Source: Octopus vulgaris (Eukaryota). Taken from it: a DNA stretch of 64,000 nucleotides. Under the pieces are notes generated by a model. The model was not told where the DNA came from, ran no database searches, and saw only the letters and a program-made list of their open reading frames with translations. The stretch covers positions 106,330,001 to 106,394,000 of the forward strand of contig OX597822.1 of NCBI GenBank assembly GCA_951406725.2. Reading direction: 5' to 3'. A program made the position numbers and the translations under genes. This document shows, one piece after another, positions 13,150 to 27,891 of the stretch (position 1 is its first letter; each line of letters opens with the position of its first letter).

Positions 13150-13189
13150 TACATACATACATACATACATACATACATACATACATACA

Positions 13190-13223
<34 letters not shown>

Positions 13224-13454
13224 CATATACATACACACATACATACATACACACATACATACATACACACATACATATGTACTTACATACATACATACTT
13301 AAATACATACATACATATATACATACATACATATATACATACATATATACATATACATACATACATACATACATACATACATACGTACATGCATACATAC
13401 ATACGTACATGCATACATACATACATACATACATATATATATACATATATACAT

Positions 13455-13485
<31 letters not shown>

Positions 13486-13494
13486 CATACATAT

Positions 13495-13525
<31 letters not shown>

Positions 13526-13593
13526 CACATACATACATACATACATACAAACATACATACATACATACATACATACATACATACATACATACA

Positions 13594-13625
<32 letters not shown>

Positions 13626-13843
13626 CACACACATGTGTGTGTGTGTGTGGAAGATATTCGCTACAAAGTAGAAAATATATTATTAAAAGATACGTGACAG
13701 CTAAATTGTAGCAAAATAATAATTTTAAAATTTATAGATCGTTTAAATGCTAGAGACTTCAGAAGCCCCCAGCGATTATGCATGTACATGCCTTTAGATA
13801 TATATATATATGTGTATGTATGTATATATGTATATATATATAA

Positions 13844-13914
<71 letters not shown>

Positions 13915-14100
13915 GTATATATTTATGTGTATGTGTATATATATATATATGTATATGTATGTATGTATATATTTATGTGTATATGTATGCATATATGTAT
14001 ATATATATATATATATATATACGTTTAGATTTATATATATACATATATGCGTATATATATATATATATATATATACATATGTGCGTGAGTGTATGTGTAT

Positions 14101-14155
<55 letters not shown>
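13095..14155. repeat. (ACAT)n and (TA)n/(TG)n compound microsatellites
   Basis: Directly visible. These give rise to many spurious ORFs. Confidence 0.95.
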
Positions 14156-14159
<4 letters not shown>

Positions 14160-14454
14160 GAGAGAGAAGAAGAAGGGAGAAAGAGAGAGACAAGGATTAA
14201 GGAAGAGAGAATCATTGACAAAATTAATTGCAGATAATTTCCATAGAACCTGGAAAATAATGCAAATAATTTATGAAGTTTAACCTTTTCATCCGCTAAC
14301 TGTATTATTATTGTAGCAGGGACTTATTAAAAGCATCACAGATTTCATATATCACAGATTTCATATATTTATGAATTATGTGATTTAATATAATATATCA
14401 AATATCGTTCGCCATGTCGTATGCATACATACAAACATGCATACATATATTCAT

Positions 14455-14512
<58 letters not shown>

Positions 14513-14631
14513 GGGGGAGAGAGTATTGATGGATGGATGGATGGAGAGATGGATGGATGGATGTATATGTGTACATACATACGTATGTATGTATAATATA
14601 GTATAACATATTCTGAAATACACTGATGGCA

Positions 14632-14922
14632 AAGAAGAAGAAGAAGAAGAAGAAGAAGAAGAAGAAGAAGAAGAAGAAGAAGAAGAAGAAGAAGAAGAAG
14701 GAGGAGAAGAAGAAGAAGAAGAAGAAGAAGAAGAAGGAGGAGGAGGAGGAGAAGAAGAAGAAGAAGAAGAAGAAGAAGAAGAAGGAGGAGGAGGAGAAGA
14801 AGAAGAAGAAGAAGAAGAAGAAGAAGAAGAAGGAAGAAGAAGAAGAAGAAGAAGAAGAAGAAGAAGAAGAAGAAGAAGAAGAAGAAGAAGAAGAAGAAGA
14901 AGAAGAAGAAGAAGAAGAAGAA
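14632..14922. repeat. (AAG)n/(GAG)n microsatellite
   Basis: Directly visible. Confidence 0.97.
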
Positions 14923-15191
14923 TTGCTTCTATATGTGAAGAGATTGATATTAATGTAATTAATGCAGTTTCATATTTAGCTTATAGCTTAATGATTTTTC
15001 TATTTTCTATTTTACTTTATATATATATATATATATATATATTGTTTTGTTTTTTGAGTTTTTTTTTTCTCACTCTTGGTTTCTTGGTGGTTTTTTTTTT
15101 TTTGTTCTTGCTTTTTGACAATTTCAGTATGTGAGAGAAATACTTCTCTTAATTTCTAAGTTTTCTTCACCTCACTTCAGTTTTAATTTTT

Positions 15192-15255
<64 letters not shown>

Positions 15256-15879
15256 CAATTAAATGTCATTTCTAACATTAACTAATGCCTCCATTCATTT
15301 CAATTAAATATCTCTCAACAGTTTACTGAGATACCAATTTTTAACAAATCTATTAATTTCTCTAGAGAATTAAGCACTACCGCATTTAATGTGGTGAACA
15401 CGATAACTTTAATTAATTAATTAATTAAGGCTGTATCACCTGTATCGAAGTGAAGTAAACATTGTTGGATATTGCTTAAGCAGAGCCTAACGAAGACAAA
15501 GCGCTGGGACTTAGATATCCGGGTTAGTTCCCGGTGTGTTATAACAGCATAGGGAGCGAGATAATACTCTAAGTTTTGGAAAAGCATATCTCTCGGAGAA
15601 AGCAATATTGTGGTCACAGATACACCGACGGTGATCTGTGTTCGGCAGGTCTGGAAGGTAGTCAAAGAGAAGGATAACTCCGAGCATAAACTCTCGCTGT
15701 TTGAGCACTTGTGAAGAAATATGGGCTAAAGGGATCAGTAAATGATGTCAGAAAAGAACTCGAGGCCCACCAGCCCCATTCATCCCGAACAGAGCATGAA
15801 AATACACTGACTGGTTATGTCTTAGGTTCCTCGATCTTCAGCCATGATGATGAGAAAACTCTTTCTGGTAAACCGTAAA

Positions 15880-16150
15880 TAATCAAGTGCCGTGCATTTG
15901 TTCCTAAAATGTTTCAGAGCACAGCCGTGCTTTGATATCGGGTTTTGTTGATGATGTCATCCATTCAGAATGTTTCTCTTCCACCAGAACGGTGTTTTCC
16001 TTCTACTCCTCTTTCAATGGCTGTCTTTGCCAAATTGTGGTTCTTGGCTTGATCCTCCCCATCCAACATCCATAGGTTGCTGATCTAAACTAACAGATTT
16101 TCTACTCTGGAATTTTGATCTCCGCACGGTTCCACTCATTGGCTTTATGA
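15880..16150 (-). mobile_element. Old RTE LINE 3' remnant
   Basis: Hand translation gives NLAKTAIERGVEGKHRSGGRETF*MDDII, similar to the RTE C-terminal EG.VEGKR.RG..W.DDI motif. Confidence 0.5.
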
Positions 16151-16868
16151 CCTAAACAGCTGATCGCAGAACCTTTCAGTATAGCATAGTCCTAATTTTG
16201 CTTATACATACGGTGATGAGATATAGCTGGTCATCGTACATAACGGTGGTAAAACAAAACATAAAACCCGAAGCACTGTTTATTTTCCTTATGGACAGGA
16301 AGATAGATTCCCTTTCGTCACGTGTCAGCGAGTCCATTTCCTTCCTAAAGACAAGCCGTGCTTATACCTGTCTCCTCTCATAGCTCGTCCTCATAGCGTT
16401 CGTAATAATTTTTCTATCGTCTTGGCTTAACAGCCCTCATCGTTTGTTTTTACTGTCTTGTTCTCACTGTCCTGCTCTTGTTACCACTTTCATCCTCCGC
16501 CAAAAACCCCAAATTATATTTAATTTGCTTTGCGGGAAGGACTGTTTCAACGAAGTCGCGTATTGTACGTACCATCGAAACGCGGAGTAGATGAAACAGG
16601 GACAACTGATGAAAAGGAATATTCTTTATGTTGCACATCTCGTTTCTCTGTTTTTTCGTTCGAAAAAATGTTCGTTTCTGTGTTTTTGTTTTTATGTTTT
16701 TGTTTCTCATTGTGTTCAACGTTTTTTTTATGTTCTGTACCCATATATGCATGTATATATACATATATTTGTAGGTATGTACATACATGTATGTATATAT
16801 GCATATATTTATATATTATCTATATTATTATATGATCGAACGCCACGCATCCTTTTCCAAGTAAGTTT

Positions 16869-16953
<85 letters not shown>

Positions 16954-17191
16954 AGGCCACAGACATACATTATGCATTGTTATAAATCTGTCTAATAAAG
17001 GCCCGAAACATATGTACCGCTGAATCCTTGGCATCATGTTTTTATTTTGATCAATTTACTCCACCACCTACACCACCAAACGGTATATACAGGTGCTTAC
17101 AATTATCAAGTACTCACCCCGAATTTCTATATATATATATATATATAGCAATAATAATTCTCTAAAAGGGATATAGACAGTAACTGCTCGA

Positions 17192-17416
17192 TAACATAAG
17201 GGACTAAAGCCATCTGAATATGGCTAGGGACAGGGCAGGGTGGTGGGGGTGTTACTGTTGCATTTAGCCCCAGGCGAACATCGACGTCACCAGAAAGGCT
17301 GACGGTGTCGAGCCTTTCTGGTGACGTCGATGTTCGCCTGGGGCTAAATGCAACAGTAACACCCCCACCACCCTGCCCTGTCCCTAGCCATATTCAGATG
17401 GCTTTAGTCCCTTATG

Positions 17417-17420
<4 letters not shown>
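17192..17420. repeat. Perfect inverted repeat, ~109-bp arms with a 10-nt spacer
   Basis: ataacataaggg...cagaaaggct gacggtgtcg agcctttctg...cccttatgttat, adjoining a TA array. Confidence 0.95.
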
Positions 17421-17471
<51 letters not shown>

Positions 17472-17754
17472 ACGTATATCTGTGCTCAGTCACCAAATGA
17501 AGATGATGCATTGCTAAGTTAAGATTCCCTCGTTTTTTTCCTTCTTTCATACATTCATTCGCCATTAACTCTTTAAACGTATTGTTTACTATTTAAATGT
17601 ATTGTTTACTATTTAAATGTATTGTTTACTAACAGCTAATTTCCCAGGAGCTAATTAAATTAGGATAATTACACGTTTCTTGGCCTGTTTAATTTCTAAA
17701 TTCTCGTTTCTCTGGTTTAATTTCTCATCCGCCATGGACATTATGAATGTATAT

Positions 17755-17833
<79 letters not shown>

Positions 17834-18072
17834 GCTACTACTACTACTACTGCTACAACTACTACAACTACTACTACAACTACTACTACTACTACTACTT
17901 CTACTACTACTTCTACTACTACTACTACTGCTACTACTACTACAACTACTACTACAACTACTACTACTACTACTACTTCTACTACTACTACTACTGCTAC
18001 TACTACTTCTACTACTACTACAACTACTACAACTACTACTACAACTACTACTTCTACTACTACTACTACTAC
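17755..18072. repeat. (TAC)n microsatellite
   Basis: Directly visible. Confidence 0.97.
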
Positions 18073-18311
18073 CTTCGTTCCTCGTACCATCTCCCCAAAT
18101 TAAACTTGCTACTTGCTTGTTCGCGGTGCGCCCGCTCTGTCCTGCCCCCCACCACCAATACTGGATATCTCGATCGTTATCGCTATCTTCTCACCATCTA
18201 CGCCGGATATCTCTCTCTCTCTCCTTCCACCACCATTACTTAATGTCTCTTCTCTCAACCCCTTCTCCTCACTGGGCTGTTCTCTATATATTACCTGCAC
18301 TCTTTCTCCCT

Positions 18312-18348
<37 letters not shown>

Positions 18349-18502
18349 GGGACAAATGCAACTAGCTCACTTGCCCACCTACTTACTGGCTATCTTTCGT
18401 TTCGTTTCGCTCTGTCTCGAAATTTGTCACCATCATTACAAGATTTCTCTTCTCTCAATCCCCACTCCTCACTGGTGCTGTTCTCTACTTTACCTGTAAA
18501 CC

Positions 18503-18535
<33 letters not shown>

Positions 18536-19837
18536 CTCGGAAAACTGCAACTAGGTTAGCAATTGGAGCTATCGGTAAGTACAGTATCCGACGAAAATCA
18601 TCTTAAATATTATGGCTTAGTGTTGAAACAGCTGTAGATACCATCACTGAAGGTACAAATACTAATATGTAAATGTCTGGTATTGAAAGTATGAATGCAT
18701 GGTTTGTTGCGACGTTGTTTGAGCCAATAAGAAAAATGCAGAAAATGGCTTTATACTCAAGAAAATGGTAACATTCATGCAAAATGTGGGCGGAAAACGA
18801 GGAAACAAAGTGGGGTGTGAGTACATGATGGATTGTGAGAAAGCAAACGAAATGAAACAGACACAAAAGGGTATGTTGCAGAAGTGCTTTTTGAAAATAG
18901 GTTTTAATCACATTTTTTATACATAGATCAGCCATTTGTATGTTGGGAGTGGACTAATCCCCCACTCTATGTTCTCTCTTTATGGGCAGCACTAAAGAAA
19001 GCGAGGACTTATATATTGACTTTATTACTGGACCATGCTACAGTAGTCGTGTTTCCTCACACACTGATAATGTTCTATTCATGTTTTAAACACAACAAAG
19101 ATATTTTTTCCAAAATGTAAAAATATAAATATTAGATTTCCTTTCTAAAATAATGGTTTCACATTTTGACAAAGACTAATAAAAGCAAATGAAATTACGA
19201 GCCTCTAATCATCCAGCCCCACCCATTGAAATTACCTCTCCTTTGTAAGCTCACAACGCCCAGAAAGGGACAACAGAACTCAGCTTAAGAACCAATTTCA
19301 TGATATTTGCGAAGACTTACTTACGTTTAAGGACTCAATACGAAACACATCCAGGGTTGTCTCCCACAACCACTGCAACATTAAACAATAACGACCATCA
19401 AATACTGTTCTCTCATTGAATATTTTGATCCCTTTTTTTTTTACTATTTTATGGTCCAGATATGAAATGTGTTTCAATTATCTGAACTATTCCAAAAAAG
19501 AAACATCATCATCATCATCATTATCATCGATTTCACATCCACTTTTTCATGCATGCATTGCTCAGACAGAATTTGTTGGCGCAGATTGTCTACAGTCGGA
19601 TGCCCTTCCAAACGCCAACTCTTACCTGTTTCCAAGCAAGGTGATATTTCTCAATGGACAGACATATTTTCACGGAAGACTGGAAACGAAAAACACCACT
19701 TGTATGATGGTGATGCTCATTTACAACCATCACACGATATCAAGACACGGCTGCACACATACATACATATGTATGTATGCATGAATGTATACATATATAT
19801 ATATATACATGTATGTCTATATATATGTATGTATATA

Positions 19838-19868
<31 letters not shown>

Positions 19869-19949
19869 GTGTATACATATATATATATATGTATGTATAT
19901 ATGTGTGTGTGCGTGCGTGTGTGTATATATGTGTATACATATATATATA

Positions 19950-19989
<40 letters not shown>

Positions 19990-20022
19990 CGTGTGTATAT
20001 ATGTGTATATATATATAAGCAT

Positions 20023-20082
<60 letters not shown>

Positions 20083-20134
20083 GTGCGATGGGTATTCTGG
20101 GACATTTTCTTTTTGGTTCAATACACCTTCAAAT

Positions 20135-20615
20135 TATTCCGTGTAACATTTCCGTGTAACATTTCCGTGTAACCCTTTCAAGATATCATTCTAACTCAAG
20201 AAATGAAGAGACATACCATCATAGTTGCTCTACCACCTCCTGTATCTACACCTTAGCACCATCATGGCATCTGATGTGACTTTTTAAACCAGACAATGTT
20301 CTGAAAATACACCCACATAGATTGCACATCCGATTTGGACCACCAAAAGCTGCAGATAACTTCTGATCTTTGTGTATCTTAAAATGTCTTTTGGGGCCTC
20401 CGTTAAATTTGCAAAACTCCTGGCATACACTGCATTCAAGGGTGTGCACAGACATATTTAGGCAGAATAGTTGGTTGAGGTTCGTTTTCCAGAGGTTCGC
20501 AAGTGAGTTTTGAGTCCAGCAAAAGACAGACATTGTCTGTCACAAACTGTGTACACAGAAAGGTCATTGTCAGTCACCTTCTCGATCGTAACATTCTTCC
20601 TTAGATCTCTTTTGA
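20135..20615 (-). mobile_element. LINE (RTE-like) 3' remnant with C2H2 zinc fingers
   Basis: Encodes CSVCQEFCKFNGGPKRHFKIH and CNLCGCIFRTLSGLKSHIRCH. A related copy lies at 60130-60530 (+). A short tandem tail sits at 20138-20172. Confidence 0.6.
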
Positions 20616-20695
20616 GATACATATATACATATTTATACACTATGCATATATATATATATACATACGCATATACATATATACACACACACACACAC

Positions 20696-20730
<35 letters not shown>

Positions 20731-20764
20731 TGTATGTATGTATACACACGTACATATACATATA

Positions 20765-21991
20765 TTAGGTCGTCACGTATGAAATTTGTAGTAAGATATA
20801 TGGTAAATTCTAACAGCTGCACATTTTACGCCATTATTATATTTTGACATTCTTTATTTTTTGTTAGAAAGCTGACGCATCTATTTCTTTATTCTAACTC
20901 ATATTGCGCTTTATAAAGTATTTATAAATCGGTTTTTTTTCCCCTGTTTTTGTTTATAGTTGGATAAGTCGGAAATTTGTACAGTTTTCAAATATGAGTT
21001 CTTCCTTGGAAACAGATCATCACAGACAGCTTGGAATATTAATGGAGTATTTCATTCTAATGTTATTACACATTGGGCAGCATCAAATTGGTTAGCAAAG
21101 TTTCGTTCTGGCAACTTTGACCTCACAAATGAGCAAGCGGTCGACCAGAAACAAAGATGCATAATGACGAACTGAAAGCCACCGTCGAGTCAGATCCATC
21201 CCAAAGTGCCCCTGAATTATCGTTGTTGTTTGGTGTTAGCAAGCAAATAATATTGACTCACCTAGTTCAAATCGGCAAGGCGAAAATGTTGGATAAGTGG
21301 GTTCCACCAGAACTCAATGAAAATCAGAAACAGCAACGTTTGGAAGTCTACATTATGCTACTTTCTCGTCACGAAAATGAATCATTTTTTTAATCGAATT
21401 GTAACGTGATGAGAAATGGATCCAATACAACAACCGTAAACGTTCAGCATAATGGTTCGACAAAGACGAGCCATCAAAACACAGTCCAAAAAGCAAAATT
21501 CCTCCAAAGAAGCTGATGGTATATGTTTGGTTGTCTGGCGCATGTGTGATCCATTATAATTTCATTAAACCTGGCTCATCAATAACGGCCGAAGTATACT
21601 GCAGCCAACTGGACCAAATGATGCAGAAACTCGCAAAAAGGCAGCCTAGATTAGTAAACATAACCACTCCTATTTTATTGCAAGTCAACGCCAGACTTCC
21701 CATCACAAAAATGACATTGGCGAAACCACTGAAGTTGGAGTTGGAAGTTCTCCATCAACCACCATACTCACCTGATCTTGCCCCCGATGACTACCACTTC
21801 TTCCAGAATTTGGATTTATTGACTCTAGATTGCCAGGCTTTTACAGTTCCGGGCTAGACAGGCTACCGCTGAAATGGCAAAACTGTATTGACAATATGGG
21901 TGCACACCTTGATGAATAAAGCTATTCCTTGTTTTTATAAAACATTAACAAACTTCTTTTCTTTTCTACAAATTTCATACTTGACGACCTA

Positions 21992-21992
<1 letters not shown>
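20765..21992 (+). mobile_element. Full-span but inactivated mariner transposon
   Basis: 27-bp TIRs ttaggtcgtca(c/a)gtatgaaatttgtag with a TA TSD on both sides. WVPPEL and PPYSPDLAPDDY motifs. Stops and frameshifts split the ORF. Confidence 0.92.
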
Positions 21993-22073
<81 letters not shown>

Positions 22074-22792
22074 GAGGCTTTCCTCCAAGGAATCTAATGC
22101 GCTTGGCTTAGATTTTCCTTTGGGGCTGGCCAGGTCGGAGCAATCTCAAGATTAATTAGCCGAAATTGCGAGGATGATCCGGTTCTTGACTGAAGACCGA
22201 AGGCTTCAAATGTCCCGTCCGTGTTTTTTGTATCGTCTTCTAAATGTTTTACGTTCTTGTCCCAGTTTGCATTTTATAACATATATATGTGTGTGCGTGT
22301 GTTTGTGTGTGTGTGTGTGTGTGTGCATGACGACCTTTTTCCTATGTACAAAATCCATTCACAAAGCTTTAGTCGATTCAGGGCTGTAGTACAGGATACT
22401 TCCCCAAAGTGCTACACAGACCGATTGAACTCGAAACCATATGGTTGGCAAGCAAGTTTAACCACATAGCCATGTCAGAACATCAAGAGAAAAGAATATA
22501 TAAATAAATAAATAAATACATAAATATTCCAAATTTCCAGAAATGGTTGATAAATTTGCACGCACAGAAAAGTTTCCAGTTATTTTTGAGAATTTATTTC
22601 ATAATTTCCATAACCATTAAAACAAAATCGTGTATAATTAAGTTAAATAACCTCCTTAATTGCATTATGTAATTTCTGATAAAACCATTATATCAATCCA
22701 GAATTTCAGATATTATCATGTCTTAATAAAATGACAGCCTCGTTTGTTAATGTTATGCTATGCAATAAATCTTAGAAAATAGGTGAATGTAA

Positions 22793-22841
<49 letters not shown>

Positions 22842-22859
22842 GGTAGGTATGTATGTATG

Positions 22860-22901
<42 letters not shown>

Positions 22902-23086
22902 TATAATATACTTACATTATATATATACTTACATTAAATATATGTGTGTGCGTGTAAACATATATAAATGCATACATATATATATACGTTCATACATGCA
23001 TGTACGTATGTATGCATATGTGTTGCGAGTGTATAGGTAAATATGTACAGCTTAAAGTTCATTCTATGTATGTTTTTATGTGAGAT

Positions 23087-23133
<47 letters not shown>

Positions 23134-24642
23134 AAGCCGGCTTGTTCCCTCGGTTGTATATATATTAAGCCGAGAAGGTTGAAAGAGCTTGATATATATA
23201 TATATATACATGCGCGCGCATATATATGTATACTAATATATACATACGCACACTCACACACACACATACATGCATATACATTTTGAGGGTTTAGATCGGT
23301 ACAGTTGTTGGAAAAAATGCTGGAAACCCCTAGTTAAATGGAAGTTTTATTTAATACAAATTCGGTCAGTATTTGGTATCAATCACAGCTTTAATGCATC
23401 AAGCTTTAATCCGTCCAAATTAGTCTTGTGGAACCCACTTCATGGTAATGAAAATGTCGACAAACTTACAGAAGGGGAAAATATTGTCAAATCTACAGAG
23501 TGGCTGTGTGGTAAGTAGCTTGCTAACCAACCACATGGTTCCGGTTTCAGTCCCACTGCGTGGCATCTTGGACAAGTGTCTTCTGCTATAGCCCCGGGCC
23601 GACCAATGCCTTGTGAGTGGATTTGGTAGACGGAAACTGAAAGAAGCCCATCGTATATATGTATATATATATGTATATAAGTGTGTGTGTGTATGTTTGT
23701 GTGTCTGTGTTTGTCCCCCTAGCATTGCTTGACAACAGATGCTGGTGTGTTTACGTCGTCGTCACTTAGCGGTTCGGCAAAAGAGACCGATAGAATAAGT
23801 ACTGGGCTTGCAAAGAATAAGTCCCGGGGTCGATTTGCTCGTCTAAGGGTGGTGCTCCAGCATGGCCGCAGTCAAATTACTGAAACAAGTAAAAGAGTAA
23901 AGAGAGTGACCACTTGGTCGCAGACAATGGCCTGGAATGTATATCCAGGAACTCGAAGCTGTGATGTTGGATCGAGAAGTGTGGCGGGTGGACCTTGTTG
24001 CTACGGCCCGGGTTGGTTGGAACCCAACCATAATAATAGATAGTGTTGTTAAGAGGATTTGTGAGCAATTCTTTCAGCGAAGATGGTGGACAGGAGCAGC
24101 TCCTCAGCTCCTGCAGCAGTCCCCGACTTCCTACGCAACCGCTGAGCCTTGATGCGCATTCATCCATCCGTCGATACTCTCGGTGTCGGGGGTTGACCAA
24201 TCCAAGTGGTATTCTTCGCTTCTGCGTTCTTTGTACCAATTTTAAATAACATTAACCGCGAGAATCGGCACATTATTTTTTTCTAGGAGACTGTGTTACC
24301 ATCTTGGAATAATGTTTGTACCACAGGATGGACATAATCAGCCAAAATACTTGGATAATCCTTGGCATTAACTCTGCGATGTAGAACACCTAAAGGGCTA
24401 AGAGAATTCAGTGATATCGCTGTCTAAATCATCGCAGAGCTATCTCCATACTTCACAGTAGGGAACTCCGATGTCGAAGGAAAAAAGATGAATATTGATT
24501 TTCCAGAGGTGACATTATTCCAATGAGCCATTGACCATTTCTGGTAGTTTGCACACCATTTTTTTTTTCTCTTTGCTTCTCAATGTTAATGGGGGACACG
24601 AGAGGTTTCAGCAATTGCAGCCTTCTCACGGTATCCACCTCT

Positions 24643-24926
24643 ATAAGGCGGCGAGCTAGCAAAAACCCTTGTGGGTAGTAGAGAAATAGGTATTATAAGG
24701 TGAGCTGGCAGAATCGTTAGCACGCCAGGCGAAATGCTTAACAGTATTTCGTCTGCCGCTACGTTCTGAGTTCAAATTCCGCCGAGGTCGACTTTGCCTT
24801 TCATCCTTTCGGGGTCGATTAAATAAGTACCAGTTACGCACTGGGGTCGATATAATCGACTTAATCCGTCTGTCTGTCCTTGTTTGTGCTCTCTGTGTTT
24901 AGCCCCTTGTGGGTAGTAAAGAAATA
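24643..24926 (+). mobile_element. Family-1 SINE insertion (one internally deleted copy plus one full copy)
   Basis: TSD ggtatccacctct at 24630-24642 and 24927-24939. Confidence 0.85.
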
Positions 24927-25221
24927 GGTATCCACCTCTGCGGAGCTCACAATGAACGGCTTTGGTTGACACAGAGTTGGCAAGTGATGGTATAGCTTTG
25001 CCAGCGCTTTTGCAACCGTCGTCATATTGTTTTTAGACACAACGCATTTCACTATCCTGTGCTCCTTCTCTGAGTGATGCTTGCCAAAACATCGCTTTGG
25101 AATGTGTGCGTGATTTTAGAGACTATATTTCTCGAAACATAAAACAATTCAGTGGTTTTAGTGTCTCAAGTTCCAGTAATCCGTGCGCCCTTTGGAAATC
25201 AGATAGGTCATGCATTTTAAC

Positions 25222-26450
25222 TTATGAGGGAGTACCCAAAAGAAACCGGAATTTTGCAATGTTATTTTATTCACTAAATTTTACATGTTTACACTTTTTT
25301 ATTATCTTCAAAGTATTTTCTAATTTGAAGCAATGCATCGGACCAAATACGTTTTCCACTGTAGGAAGCAGTGCTGGAACTCTTGCGAAGTGATGCCTTT
25401 TAACGACACCTCCATCGTTTTCTTCTTCATCTCTTCCACATCTGAAAATTCCGTAGCACCAGCCTTCGTCACTAGTTTGGAAGCACTCCGTCGGTTACGA
25501 CGACGAGGGTTCCGGTTGATCCGAATCAACGGAACAACCTGCTCGTGAAATTAACGTGTAAGTGGCAGAGCACTCCACAGACACGTGTACCCTTAACGTA
25601 GTTCTCGGGGATATTCAGCGTGACACAGAGAGTGACAAGGCCGGCCCTTTGAAATACAGGTACAACAGAAACAGGAAGTAAGAGTGAGAGAAAGTTGTGG
25701 TGAAAGAGTACAGCAGGGATCACCACCATCCCTTGCCGGAGCCTCGTGGAGCTTTTAGGTGTTTTCGCTCAATAAACACTCACAATGCTCGGTCTGGGAA
25801 TCGAAACCGCGATCCTACGACCGCGAGTCCGCTCGTCACTAGTAATGATCTTCGAAGAAAGAACTGGATCAACTTCCAACTGTTCTTTCAGTTCACGATA
25901 CGCGTTCAGTCGTGTCTGCTTTTGATCTTCCGTGACTAAGTGAGACACAAATTTCGCTGCAACTCTTTTCATTTGCAATTCCTCGCTCAAAAATCGTTGG
26001 CAGGGACTCCAGTACGCACCAGTCATATCAACAAGTTCGTCAATTTTTCGGTGACGGTTCTCCAAGAACAGTTTATGACTTTTCACGGTGTTTTCATTCG
26101 TTCGAGAGGTCGACGGTCGTCCTGAACAAGACTGGTCTTCAAAGGACAAGTGACCGTTCGTAAATCGTGAAAATCACTCGTAAACTTGTTTTGCTCATGA
26201 CAGCGTCCTTGTAAGCTGTTTGAAGCTTGGCAGCTGTTTCGGCCACCGTTTTCCTCAGCAGAAAACAGAATTTTGATGGAAGCACTACAAAACAAAGATG
26301 AACCACGTGGAAGTACGATCATACACGATGACGCCGGTCGGTAGACTGATACCCGAGTGTTACATAAAGTGGGTTCTAGCGGTGGAAGCCTGAACTACAA
26401 CGGCTTTGTCCCAGGGAGAACGTTTCTGATTACATTTGAGTACCTCCTCA
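25222..26450 (-). mobile_element. Internally deleted mariner element interrupted by a SINE
   Basis: Ends tatgagggagtacccaaa / tttgagtacctcctcata. Encodes SGRPSTSRT...ELQMKRVAAKFVSHLVTEDQKQ. Confidence 0.75.
25477..25832 (-). mobile_element. Family-3 tRNA-derived SINE, 5'-truncated
   Basis: Near-identical to 35563-35939. TSD tcgtcactagt at 25466-25476 and 25833-25843. Confidence 0.85.
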
Positions 26451-26569
26451 TATTTAAATATATAAACCTGCAAACAAAGAATAACAGTGGGTTGTATCTT
26501 GAAGTACAAAGACTTCATAATGCATGTGAACACATACGTAAAGACTTGGATAGCTTTGAATTTGGAAAT

Positions 26570-27160
26570 TGCTTTCAAATTTTGGCACAAAGCCAGCAAT
26601 TTCGGTGGAGAGATTGATTATATCACCCCCAGTGCTCAACTGGTACTTATAAGGCAAAGTCGACTCCGGCAGAGTTCGAACTCAGAACATAAAGACGGAC
26701 GAAATACCTATTTCTTTACTACCCACAAGGGGCTAAACACAGAAGGGACAAACAAGGACAGACAAACGGATTAAGTCGATTATATCGACCCCAGTGCGTA
26801 ACTGGTACTTATTTAATCGATTCCGAAAGGATGAAAGGCAAAGTCAACCTCGGCGGAATTTGAACTCAGAACGTAGCGGCAGACGAAATACCGCTAAGCA
26901 TTTCGCGCGGCGTGCTAACGATTCTGCCAGCTCGCTACTTTAATAATAATCTTTTCTACTCTAGGCACAAGGCCCGAAATTTTAGGGGAGGAGGCTAGTT
27001 GGATCGACCTCAGTACGCAACTGGTATTTAATTTATCAACCCCAAAAGGATGAAAGGCAAAGTCGACTTCGGCGGAATTTGAACTCAGAACGTAAAGAAA
27101 GACGAAATACCGGTAAACCTTCCGCCCGGCGTGCTAACAATTCTGCCCAGCTCGCCACCT
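26570..27160 (-). mobile_element. Cluster of family-1 SINEs, one nested at the GGTA site of another
   Basis: Repeated gaaaggatgaaaggcaaagtc blocks. Further clusters at 28960-31640 and 51780-52540. Confidence 0.8.
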
Positions 27161-27842
27161 TCGGAAGTTGTTATATTACCAATAGAAAAATTAGTCAAAT
27201 AACAAAAAGTAGCGTTGCTATTATTTCGTTCAGCCTCCCTTAGTATTTATATATATGTAGGTATTCTTCACAAGGTGTGGAGAGCTGTTTTAAAAAAAGA
27301 ATGCTACAAGGTTGGGAGAAAATGCATTTATTGAATGGTTAATTCAAAAGAATTCATAAACAAAATTTGAATTTAAAGTACAAAACTTTATTATGACAGA
27401 TGTTAAATATAAATAAAATATATATTTTCCCAAATAAACCCTTTTTTCCATAACCTGTATTACCTTAAGTAAAACAGCAGTTACATGCTTACAATGCGAT
27501 CCTGCAGCAGCAATCTGATAACTTGGGCGTTTTCAAGTGTGCCTTTCGAGTTAATCCTTGCAGCTGTATTCAATCCACCATTTAACCTCAGAAATTTCAA
27601 ATTTCAATTGTATAAACTACCAGCCAATGATCTTCTACGTATGCCTAGCCCTCCCCCTCATACAAATAAACTAAGATTGGTTACGTGACACTCGGACTAA
27701 CATTTTGTGAAGTCTTTTCGGGTTTAATAAAATACTATTTTACACTATCTTTGGTATTCAAGAGTTATTTCCCCCACCCCCCACCATCTAATTTTGCACT
27801 TATGTGCTTCCCTGTCTCTGTCTCTCTCTCATATATATACAT

Positions 27843-27891
<49 letters not shown>

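Noticed and set aside
12998-14958. Long ORFs rich in HTYI, YVCM and poly-K/E
   Set aside because: They are translations of ACAT, TA and AAG microsatellites.
16540-16600. ctgtttca...GAAAcgcg...tgaaacag hammerhead candidate
   Set aside because: A closing stem is present, but there is no acceptable CUGANGA-type core or cleavage triplet.
17680-18243. Poly-Y, poly-T and poly-V ORFs (mucin-like appearance)
   Set aside because: A (TAC)n repeat with no splice or domain context.
18600-19000. Possible decayed transposase or SWIM-like coding remnant
   Set aside because: Too degenerate to support a call.
20246-20533. Host C2H2 zinc-finger gene
   Set aside because: Frameshifted, present twice (also 60130-60530) and bounded by microsatellite and tandem tail. 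It fits a LINE C-terminal remnant better.
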